Source: Longimicrobiales bacterium (GTDB lineage: Bacteria; Gemmatimonadota; Gemmatimonadetes; Longimicrobiales; Gaopeijiaceae). Taken from it: a stretch of DNA of 64,000 nucleotides. Position 1 is the first letter of the stretch. The number at the start of each line of letters is the position of its first letter. The notes under the pieces were generated by a model that did no database searches, was not told the origin of the DNA, and saw nothing but the letters and a program-made list of their open reading frames with translations. The stretch covers positions 4,000,001 through 4,064,000 of the forward strand of contig OZ250165.1 of the NCBI GenBank assembly GCA_965238005.1. The letters are read 5' to 3'. Positions 1 through 8,945 of this stretch are shown piece after piece. The position numbers and the translations under genes were made by a program.

Positions 1-1
1 C

Positions 2-367
2 TTCTCCATGCACCACCAGTGGAACTACCCTGCCCTCAAGCCGCCGGGAGACCTCGACGTGGGCCTGGAGGACGGCGTCGGCGACGAGGAGTACCTGAGA
101 CTCCTACGGAAGCACCTACCCCGTATTCTTGAAGAATTCCGGCCGGAGCTCATCCTGTATCTGGCCGGAGCCGACCCGTACGAAGCCGATCAGTTGGGGG
201 GGCTGGCGCTCTCACTGGAGGCTCTGAGAGCCCGGGACGAGTTGGTCGTGGCGACCGCCGGAGAAGCGGGTGTGGGCGTGGCCGTCACCCTCGCTGGAGG
301 CTACGCCATCCGACCCGAGGATACGGTGGCGATCCACTGCGGAACCGTTGAGGCCGCCCTGTCCTGA
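2..367 (+). CDS. Histone deacetylase family protein (5' end outside window)
   Basis: C-terminal HDAC motifs: NYP, YLAGADPYEADQLG, TLAGGY; frame open from the window edge. Confidence 0.85.
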   Translation, partial: FSMHHQWNYPALKPPGDLDVGLEDGVGDEEYLRLLRKHLPRILEEFRPELILYLAGADPYEADQLGGLALSLEALRARDELVVATAGEAGVGVAVTLAGGYAIRPEDTVAIHCGTVEAALS

Positions 368-454
368 GCCCGGGCGCCGGCCCCCCCGGGTCTGGACGTC
401 CCCCCGTAGCCGCGGGGGGCGTCCGACCCATGACCGCAGGGCGACCCGTAGCGC

Positions 455-1042
455 TCAACGAGGGAGGTTGAGCGCCTCCGTCACCTCCATACCGATGCGA
501 GCCTGCACCGGGTGCAGGTCCTCCGTCTCCCCCACGTCGAACTCCCCGCTCCAGAGGAGGGTGCCGCTGTCGACCCGGTAGAGCTCGGCCACCAGCGTGG
601 TTACGGAAGCACCGGAGACCTCACGTCCCATGAGGATCATGTCGGCTTCGAACCGCCTGCCCACCTCCAGCGGGTCGCCATCCGGATCGAAGTAGCCGGC
701 CGTACTCGCGGGGCCAAGGACTCCGAGCTCTCTCGGATCGATCCGGCCGAAGTAGGACGCCAAGCCTTCACCGAATCCGGCGTAACGGCTGGAACCAGGA
801 GTCGAGCCCTGGAACGGGAGAACCGCCAGGACCGGCCTTCCCTCCGGGATCCGGCGCCCACCTTCCATGACCATGAAGATCAACGACCCGACGAAGAGCG
901 CAGACATCGTGATCACGAGCGCCGCGAGGGTCCGGCGTGCCCCCGCGCGGGGATCGCGCTCCACGATTCGAGTCATGGCTGGAATGTCCGGTGGGCCCTC
1001 GTTGGGCCAGATCTCACGAGAACGCGTCACGGTGTCTCCCAT
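455..1042 (-). CDS. Membrane protein with TolB-N-like domain
   Basis: One TM helix followed by LAVLPF...FGEGL...W(S)GEFD pattern of TolB-like domains; ATG at 1042 overlaps the upstream TGA (TGATG); alternative start at 976. Confidence 0.55.
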   Translation of the reverse strand: MGDTVTRSREIWPNEGPPDIPAMTRIVERDPRAGARRTLAALVITMSALFVGSLIFMVMEGGRRIPEGRPVLAVLPFQGSTPGSSRYAGFGEGLASYFGRIDPRELGVLGPASTAGYFDPDGDPLEVGRRFEADMILMGREVSGASVTTLVAELYRVDSGTLLWSGEFDVGETEDLHPVQARIGMEVTEALNLPR

Positions 1043-1944
1043 CACGGGATGAGGCTGATGCCCAGGCCAAAGAAGGTCTCCTCCGCCTCCCCCAGCTGGC
1101 CCATGGGCGACGAGCCGAAGTGGGCTCGTGCCTCGAGGCGTAGGAGACGCTCGCTGACCCTGAGCCCCATCCCGGTCACCAGCGTCGTCCCCGACCGCCC
1201 CGTGAGGCTCGGGTACTCGAAGTTGGCCGCGAACAAGGGCCAGATACCGTCGTCCACCCCCGGGGCGCGAGCCTCCCACTCCACCCCGGTCCGAAGGACT
1301 GCCCTCGAGATCTCCTCGTTGATGTGGAAGTTGAAGTCGCCGCCGGCGTAGACGCGCCCACCCGAGCCGAAGGTCCGTGCCACCAGGCCCTCCACGCCGT
1401 CCCTGGTCCACTGAAGGAGCCCGTTTCCCTGCAGGCCCACCCGTTCGGGGAAACGGACGAGGTAGTCGTCTCCCACGTGGGAGCTGATGTGCCGAAGGGT
1501 TATCCTGACCTGCCAGTCGTCGTGCCGGACGGAGATAGGTAGGCCCACCCGGAAGTCGACGTTGATCAAGTCCTTTTGCGGGGTCTCCATGAAGAAGCGC
1601 GAGAAGAGACCTAGCTCGAAGCCGAGGGTCACCGCGCGGTCGGCGGTGGTGCCGTCGTCCATCCGCAGGACGGCCACGCTGTGACCGATCACCACCTCCG
1701 CCTCGATGTTGCGTCCAGCGTAGTCCAATGCGTCGGGTCGATCGGCGAGGACGAACGAGCCTCGGAACTGCGTCTCGCGGGGGGCCGCGATGAGGGCCTC
1801 GAACGGACGTAGGTCTGGAAGCCAGCGGGATGCCTTCTGGCCCTTCAGCCCCCCGGGGTGAAGGGAGGAGGGGCCGGCGACCACCAGGGCCAGGAGCCCC
1901 GCTCGTAGCTTCGCCGATTGGCGGGGCCTCACTCGGGGTTCCAT
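1042..1944 (-). CDS. DUF1207-like putative outer-membrane protein
   Basis: Signal-like N-terminus; FEALIAAPRE, DLINVDFRVG and HISSHVGDDY motifs; beta-strand-rich. Confidence 0.65.
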   Translation of the reverse strand: MEPRVRPRQSAKLRAGLLALVVAGPSSLHPGGLKGQKASRWLPDLRPFEALIAAPRETQFRGSFVLADRPDALDYAGRNIEAEVVIGHSVAVLRMDDGTTADRAVTLGFELGLFSRFFMETPQKDLINVDFRVGLPISVRHDDWQVRITLRHISSHVGDDYLVRFPERVGLQGNGLLQWTRDGVEGLVARTFGSGGRVYAGGDFNFHINEEISRAVLRTGVEWEARAPGVDDGIWPLFAANFEYPSLTGRSGTTLVTGMGLRVSERLLRLEARAHFGSSPMGQLGEAEETFFGLGISLIP

Positions 1945-2928
1945 CTATTCGAACGAGCCAGGAACTGCCTCCTCCATCTCGGCCGCCACTTCCTCGGCCG
2001 GGCGCATCGTCGAGAGATCCAGGTCGTAGTCGGGCACCTCACGGGGCTGGAGCTTCTCGATCAGCTCCCGGAACTCGCGACCGGAGAGCCCCATGTCTTT
2101 GAGCTCGTCCGGCGTAAGGCCCCCACCGTCCGACCTAGCTCGCACGCCGTCGTCATCACCCTCCAGGAGGTGGCGCAGCGCCGTCATCTCGGCTCGGCTC
2201 ATGGGCTCGGCGCCCACGCTGTAGTCGAGCCACGCCTCGTAGCTGAGGGGAGCCACCCGCTTCAACATGCCGGCCATCACCCGTGCGAACTCCTGGATCT
2301 CCCACTGGGAATGGGGATCGGCCCGGAGGGTCAGGAAGTGCAAGAGGTTGTGAAGGTCGATCTTCCAATACCACTGCGTATAGGTGGAAAGAGGAAGATC
2401 GATGCGGGCGAGCTCCCGAGCGACCTCCTCCTGCAACATCCATCGGTACCCCTCGGAGGCCTCGGCACGGACCCGCTCCCAGCGCGCCACCGCCTTCTCG
2501 TAGAGCTCCGCAGGAGCGTGCTCGGGCCGCCGGCCCTGACGGTTGTCCGCACTCTGGAGCGCGAAGTGGTCCAAGTCCGGCTTGTAGAAGAGGAGGGGCA
2601 TCAACGAATAACGGCCGCTGTACTCGTTTACAGAGACCGTGCGATGTCGGACCCACTGGCGCGCCACGAACATGGGCATGGCACAGTGGAACTTGACCTC
2701 CACCATCTCGCTGGGCGTCGTGTGGTAGTGCCTGCGCAGATACCGGATCAAACCCCGAGTCTGGCTTACCTTCCGGGTGCCGTAGCCATAGCTGACGCGG
2801 GCGGCCCTTTCCACGTCGTCGTCCGTGCCCATGTAGTCGACCAGGGCCACGAAACCGTGGTCGAGAACGGGAAAATACCCCCCGAGAATCTCCTCCGCGG
2901 CGGGGGTCGTAGGTCTCTTGGTTTCCAT
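1945..2928 (-). CDS. thyX: FAD-dependent thymidylate synthase
   Basis: AARVSYG, HTTPSEM, RQWVRHRTVSVNEYSGRY, ARELARIDLP, HSQWEI motifs; start taken at METKRP. Confidence 0.95.
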   Translation of the reverse strand: METKRPTTPAAEEILGGYFPVLDHGFVALVDYMGTDDDVERAARVSYGYGTRKVSQTRGLIRYLRRHYHTTPSEMVEVKFHCAMPMFVARQWVRHRTVSVNEYSGRYSLMPLLFYKPDLDHFALQSADNRQGRRPEHAPAELYEKAVARWERVRAEASEGYRWMLQEEVARELARIDLPLSTYTQWYWKIDLHNLLHFLTLRADPHSQWEIQEFARVMAGMLKRVAPLSYEAWLDYSVGAEPMSRAEMTALRHLLEGDDDGVRARSDGGGLTPDELKDMGLSGREFRELIEKLQPREVPDYDLDLSTMRPAEEVAAEMEEAVPGSFE

Positions 2929-3087
2929 ACTATGGGGTTCGCGGCGGCAGCCGGTGAGACGACGAGAGTGCCGGCGGAATAGATCCAAAGGGATTCCCAC
3001 CCGCAAGCGGCGGGCGGCACTTGTTGGGCAACCAATATATACTATCAACCAATCTCACCGACCTCGTTCGAGCCTGCCATAGACGCC

Positions 3088-4170
3088 GTGCGCATCGCCT
3101 TTTTCATCTCTCCCCACGGGTTCGGGCATGCGGCTCGGGCCGCCGCCGTCATGGAGGCGCTCCACGCCCAGGATCCGTCCACTCGCTTCGACCTGTTCAC
3201 CACCGTACCGGAGTGGTTCTTCCGGCACTCGTTGGACAGCCTCTTTCGTCACCACCCGTGTGTTGCAGATGTCGGGCTCCGGCAAACCTCTCCTCTCGAG
3301 TTCGACGTCGAAGCCACCCGCGATGCCGTCGAGGCCTTCATCTCGCGGGCGCCGAGGGACGCCGACTCGCTGGCCGAGCAGGTGGATGAGCTGGGATGCT
3401 CGGCAGTCGTGTGTGACATCTCGCCGCTGGGCCTCATGGTGGCGGAGAGAGCGGGGCTGCCCTCCGTGCTGGTGGAGAACTTCACGTGGGACTGGCTCTA
3501 TGAGCCCCTCGTCGCCCAGGACCCCGCCTTCGGCCCGATCGTGGACTGGATGCGCGCCCGGTTCGCGGGGGCAGGCCAGCGCATTCAGGCTCGGCCGAGG
3601 TGCGATCCCCTGGCGAAGTCCGATCTGGTGGTTCCTCCCATCAGCCGGCCCGCCCGGCTGGCCCGTCCGAACGTGAGAGCCGAGCTCGAGGTGGCGAGCG
3701 ATGCACCGCTCGTCCTGATCACCATGGGAGGAGTGAGCCAGCCCCTTCCCTTCCTGGCGGAGCTCCGCAAGCGGGACGAGGTGACCTTCGTGGTGACGGG
3801 CTCGGAGCAGATCACCCGGGAGGGCAACCTACGGCTATTTCACAAGGCCGCACGGGTCTTCATGCCCGATCTGATCCGCGCGGCCGACTGGGTGGTGGCG
3901 AAGCTGGGGTACGGCACCCTCGCAGAGGTCTGGGCCGCCGGCCGCCCGCTCGGCTATGTGGGACGGAGCGACTTCCGCGAGACTGGCCCGCTCAAGGACT
4001 TTCCCCGGAGCGAAATCCCGAGCCTCGAGATCTCCGAGGCGGACTTCTCCACGGGGACCTGGATCGACCGAATCGACGATCTCCTCGCCCTGGGCTCCGC
4101 TCCGGAAAAAATCACCAACGGCAGCGAGGTCGCTGCGCGCTGGATCATGGAGGCGACGGCCAAGGTCTGA
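3088..4170 (+). CDS. GT-B fold glycosyltransferase-like protein
   Basis: ISPHGFGHAAR N-terminal motif, NFTWDW, and DLIRAADWVVAKLGYGT. Confidence 0.7.
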   Translation: MRIAFFISPHGFGHAARAAAVMEALHAQDPSTRFDLFTTVPEWFFRHSLDSLFRHHPCVADVGLRQTSPLEFDVEATRDAVEAFISRAPRDADSLAEQVDELGCSAVVCDISPLGLMVAERAGLPSVLVENFTWDWLYEPLVAQDPAFGPIVDWMRARFAGAGQRIQARPRCDPLAKSDLVVPPISRPARLARPNVRAELEVASDAPLVLITMGGVSQPLPFLAELRKRDEVTFVVTGSEQITREGNLRLFHKAARVFMPDLIRAADWVVAKLGYGTLAEVWAAGRPLGYVGRSDFRETGPLKDFPRSEIPSLEISEADFSTGTWIDRIDDLLALGSAPEKITNGSEVAARWIMEATAKV

Positions 4171-4200
4171 GGATCACCCCCTGCCGTGGGCTGGACCGGC

Positions 4201-5505
4201 TCAGCGCACGCGCTCTCCCGCGATCCACACCGACTCTATACTCCGGGTGTTGGCGATGTCCTCCAGAGGGTCCTCCGTCAGCACGACGAAATCGGCCCAA
4301 CGACCCGCCGCCAGTGTCCCGATCTCGTCCTCCACACCCAGGCAGCGGGCGGCATCCACCGTGGCAGAGCGCAGGATCTGGACGGAGCTCAGCCCGGCCT
4401 CCGCCATGAGGTCCATCTCCATGTGCTCGAAGTAGCCCTGGAAGCGACCGGGAGGGCCGGTGTCGGTGCCGAAAGCGATGGGAAGGCCGGCGTCGGCTAC
4501 CCGCTTGAGATTCCTCTGAGCCACCCGGAGCGCCTCTTTGTAACGCTGTGCGGAAGAGCTGTCCCGCACTCGCTGCTGGCGAGCCGGATCCTCGAGCTGC
4601 CCGAGGACGGTCGGGTCGGCGTGCTCCAGGAAGAACGGGTCGTCGAAGAAGTCGGGTCGGTCCTCGTAGACGTAGGTGGACACCTCTCGCGCCAGCGTCG
4701 GAGAGTAGCAGGCGCCTCTGTCGCCCAGGAGCTCGATGAACTCGTCGTCCACGTCGAGGTCCCGCACGGAGTGGGCGATGAAGTCCGTTCCCGCCCGGAG
4801 CAGGGCCTTGGCATCCTTCAGGTAGAAGAGATGCGACGCCAGCCGCAGCCCGAGAGCATGGGTCCGCTCGATGACGGCGCGGAACACGTCGGGGGCCATC
4901 TTGCGGGTCGAGCCCAGGTTGTCGTCGACTCGGATCTTCATCCAATCCACGCCGGCCTCTGCGTTGGCGTCCACCACCTGCAACGCCCCCTCAGGCGTAT
5001 CGCCGGTCACGACGACCCCCGCCACGTAGAGGCGTGCCCGGTCCAGGCCCCGCGCTTCCTCTTCGTCACGCAGCTCGAATCCCTCGGGTCCGTCACCCCC
5101 GAGGCTGTTTACGGCCGTCACGCCGTACACGGCGTAGAGGCGCAGCTGTCGAAGCAGGTTGTCCCGGTCGTAGTGACCGCCCTCGAGACCCAACGTGCCT
5201 CCCACGTGCCCATGGGTGTTGATGAGGCCGGGAATGACAGTCCGGCCGCTCAGGTCCACAACCTCCGCGTCCGACGGGATCTCGATGTCGCCTTCCGAGA
5301 CCACGCCTAAGCTTCTGCCCTTCCTGACCACCATTACGCCCCGGGGGACGGCGTCGTCGCCCGTTCCGTCCCATATCCGGGCGCCCACGAACGCCGTGAC
5401 CCCGGCACCGTTACCGGCATCGGAGGCCCCGCCTCCACATCCGAGCGCCATCAGGCCACCGAGGCCGAGCAGAAGGGCCGGGTGGCATGCGTAGGTCCGA
5501 GTCAT
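4201..5505 (-). CDS. Amidohydrolase family lipoprotein
   Basis: Lipobox-like ALGC; PGLINTHGH, FGTDTG, GTLAAGRWADFVVL. Confidence 0.85.
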   Translation of the reverse strand: MTRTYACHPALLLGLGGLMALGCGGGASDAGNGAGVTAFVGARIWDGTGDDAVPRGVMVVRKGRSLGVVSEGDIEIPSDAEVVDLSGRTVIPGLINTHGHVGGTLGLEGGHYDRDNLLRQLRLYAVYGVTAVNSLGGDGPEGFELRDEEEARGLDRARLYVAGVVVTGDTPEGALQVVDANAEAGVDWMKIRVDDNLGSTRKMAPDVFRAVIERTHALGLRLASHLFYLKDAKALLRAGTDFIAHSVRDLDVDDEFIELLGDRGACYSPTLAREVSTYVYEDRPDFFDDPFFLEHADPTVLGQLEDPARQQRVRDSSSAQRYKEALRVAQRNLKRVADAGLPIAFGTDTGPPGRFQGYFEHMEMDLMAEAGLSSVQILRSATVDAARCLGVEDEIGTLAAGRWADFVVLTEDPLEDIANTRSIESVWIAGERVR

Positions 5506-6793
5506 TTTCCCCTCCTCAGCTTCGGGCGTTTCACGAAATCCACGGGGATGCCCAACTCTTCCCCCACCAGCGCAGCCAGTGCCTCGGCCGGCTGGCCCCC
5601 CAGGGGATATCGTCTCCGAGACACAGCCGCCGTCCGCCCTTCAAGAACGCGCGGATCCTCACCTTGCGCTCCGCCTTGGCGCCGTCACCTACACGGCTGC
5701 TCACGTCCATCTCCACACGCTCGACGTCCTCGATACGAGCCGAGCGCGTGACGGGCAAGAGAAACCATCGCCGGGCCGAGATCTTTCCGTTCCGGATCTC
5801 GACCACCAGAGAGTTCATGAGTGAATACAGACCCAGGAACATCATGAGAACGCCGAGCCCGCCGAAAGTCACGAGGAAGATCGACATGAAGCCCACAGCG
5901 ACGACGCCGAACACGGTGCCGTCCATCGTCTCCAGGATGGTTTCGAAGAAGAAGACACCCGCACCCGTGAAGACGGCCCCAAAGGCCACGAGCATCACGC
6001 CGGCCAAACCGCCGCGGCCCACTGGATAGTGAAGGGTCAGACCGGGGCCACGCCTCCTCATACGGACCACTCCGTCGGGCAGGTGCGTGGCCTCGACGGT
6101 GGAGGGCGTAGACAGGGCCGACCGGCTGGCGTGCAGAACCGGATCCACGAGCAGCACCGGCACCTCGAAAGTCTGGTCCAGGTCCGCACCGGGAAGATCT
6201 CCCTGTACACGGACGACCCACTTGTGATAGTCGTCGGACTTCTCGGCAGTGGGCGGCAGATCCCCGGGGACCTGGAAGGTGAAGCGAAGGTGCAGGCCCC
6301 TGCCCGAGCGCTGGACCTCGGGAAGCATCTCCACGGCCCACTCGATGGACTCCTTGCGCGATGATCCGTCGCTCGTCTGTTGCAGTCGATCTCGGATGCA
6401 CACCAGGAGGACCCGGGCCTCGAGATCGTCGACACGGTGGAGCGGAAGGTCCAGCGAGCCCCCGACATGGCCACCCAGCGAGCCGGGGTGGGGGTCGAGC
6501 TGCAGGCGGAGGCCGTGGAAGCGCCTCCAGCGAAGAGTCTCTCGAATGGCCATGGCCAGGAGGAGGAACCCCACCAGGGTGAAGACCGGGAGCAAGAGGG
6601 CCAGGAACAGACCCAGCTCGTCGTCTCCGAAGAGGGCGATCCAGCCCACGGGAATCCCGATGACGTTCCAGATGAGGGCCCCCACCCAATAGGTGAGGAG
6701 CTCCCGACCCACGGTCGATCGTGTCCACCCTTCCGGCCAGCCGGGGTGACTGAGGAGCGCCCGCTGAACCCCGTCCGGTGATTGGCTCTGCAC
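5502..6793 (-). CDS. Hypothetical membrane protein (4 predicted TM segments), frameshifted near the 3' end
   Basis: Two hydrophobic helix pairs; GTG start at 6793 after GAGGG; a frame change in the C/G runs at ~5596-5606 extends it to a TGA at 5502 that overlaps the next ATG. Confidence 0.6.
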
Positions 6794-6884
6794 AGTCCCT
6801 CTTCGGCACGGCCCCGGTCTTGCGCGGAGCATTTGCGTCGGTGAATCGTACTATGCCACGGGGTGCGCGGCCACGGGGTGCGGC

Positions 6885-7130
6885 TTGCTGTACCTGTCAG
6901 CGGCGAACGCCAAGACCCCGGAGCTCAGGGAGTACTCCACCTCCCTCCATCCCCCCATGCGGATCGGAGCCAGCACCTTTCTGCTCTTCGACCGTGAAGC
7001 GGTGCTAACCGACCTCGAGCGAACGGCCGAGGACTACCTGAAGATGGGGCTCCCGCTGAACGAGACGTCGCTCCACTTCAAGCTGGATGATCGCCTCGTC
7101 CACGCCCTGGATCTCCGGACCATCGACCGG
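6885..7130 (+). pseudogene. Orphan coding fragment of unknown protein
   Basis: About 80 codons with strong GC3 bias (LYLSAANAKTPELREY...LDLRTID); no convincing start or own stop; runs into the ligase 3' end. Confidence 0.4.
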
Positions 7131-8734
7131 ACCCGTACAGCTCCCGCAGCCGGGTCTTTTGGACCTTGCCGGTACCACTTACAGGCATCGACTCGACGAA
7201 GACGACCGCCTCGGGGATCCACCACTTGGCGACCTTCCCCTCCAGGAAGCCCAACAGCTCCTCCTTCGCGACGTTCGCGCCTTCCCTCGCCTTCACGATC
7301 AGGAGGGGACGCTCGGTCCACTTGGCGTCGGGAATGCCGATGACCGCCGCCATCACCACGCCCGGGTGGCCCATGGCCACGTTCTCCAGGTCGATGGAGC
7401 TGATCCACTCCCCCCCCGACTTGATCACGTCCTTGGCCCGGTCCGTGATCTGCATGTAGCCGTGCGAGTCCAGAGTCGCGATGTCACCCGTGGAGAACCA
7501 CCCCTCGGCGTCCAGGATTTCCTCGTCGTGCTCGTAGTAGCTCGAGCAGACCCAGGGGCCCCGCACCTGGAGCTCACCGATCGCCTCGCCGTCGTGAGGC
7601 AAGGCCTTCCCATCCTCGTCCACGATCCGCCAATCGACTCCGAAGATCCGCCTCCCCTGCCTCACCTGCATACTCAGGCGCTCCTCGACAGGTGCCTGGC
7701 GGAGCTCGGCAGTGAGAACGTTGAGGGAGCCGATGGGACTCGTCTCCGTCATCCCCCAGCCCTGGCGAAACTCGATCCCGAACTCCTCCTCGAAGGCCCG
7801 GATCATGGACCTGGGGGGGGGCCGCGCCGCCGACCGCCACCACCTCGAGGCTCGGAACGCCCGCGTCGTTGGCACGCCAGTAGTCGAGGAGGCCCATCCA
7901 GATGGTGGGTACTCCGGTGCTGACGGTGACCTTCTCATCTCGCATCAGCCGGGTCAGGCTCTCCCCGTCCATGTGTGGACCCGTGAAGACCAGCTTGGCT
8001 CCCAGGATGGCCGCCGAGTAGGGGGCCCCCCAGGCGTTGGCGTGGAACATGGGGACGACCGGGAGCATGGCCTGGCCCTCCTTGACCCCCAACGCGTCGG
8101 GCAAGCTGGCGGCGAAGGCGTGCAGCACCGTGGAGCGGTGGCTGTAGAGGACCCCCTTGGGGTTGCCGGTCGTGCCCGAGGTGTAGCACAGAGACGCCCC
8201 TGTGTTCTCGTCGAGCAGGGGCCATTCGTACTCCCCGGGCTGGCCCTCCAGGAGCTCCTCGTAGCAGAGAAGGTCCGAGAGAGACGACTCGGGCATCGTC
8301 TCCCTCCCCGTCATGATCACCACGTGCTCGACGGTCTCCAGCCGGTCGGCCACCGCGGCGATGAGCGGGACGAATGTCAGGTCCACGCAGAGGATCCGAT
8401 CCTCGGCATGGTTGATGATGTATGTCAGCTGATCGGGATGGAGGCGAGGGTTCATGGTGTGGCAGATGGCCCCCATGCCCGACACGCCGTAGTACAGCTC
8501 CAGATGACGGTAGCCGTTCCAGGCGATGGTCCCCACCCGGTCCCCCACTCCGATGCCCAGCCCGGCGAGGCCGTGGGCGAGCCGGGCCGAGCGCTCCCGC
8601 ACCTCGGCCCAGGTGTACCGATGCACCGAACCTTCCACCGTATGAGAGACGACCTCGATGTGCCCGTGGATGTCCGCTGCGTAGTCGATCAGGGAGGATA
8701 TGAGCAGGGGATGATCCATCATCAGGCCACGCAC
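7078..8734 (-). CDS. Medium/long-chain acyl-CoA ligase (AlkK/DmdB-like), split by a +1 frameshift
   Basis: [42 protein letters not shown] motifs across ORFs 7574-8734 and 7078-7938; extra base in G9 run at 7813-7821; AGGAGG RBS. Confidence 0.88.
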
Positions 8735-8945
8735 GTCGGCCTCCTGACGTTGGGGAGCAGACTCCTAATCATGGGGTGCTGAAAGTATGCCGGGTCACGC
8801 CGGGGTGCACCCCCGGCCCCCGAGAGACCATCTGAGACACCCTTTGCCCCGCGCTATCGACCGGTCCCATCTTAAGGGGCCCCACGTTTGAGGGGCCCCA
8901 CGCTGGCTTTGTGCAGGCTCAAAACACACTGAGATGAGTCGAACC

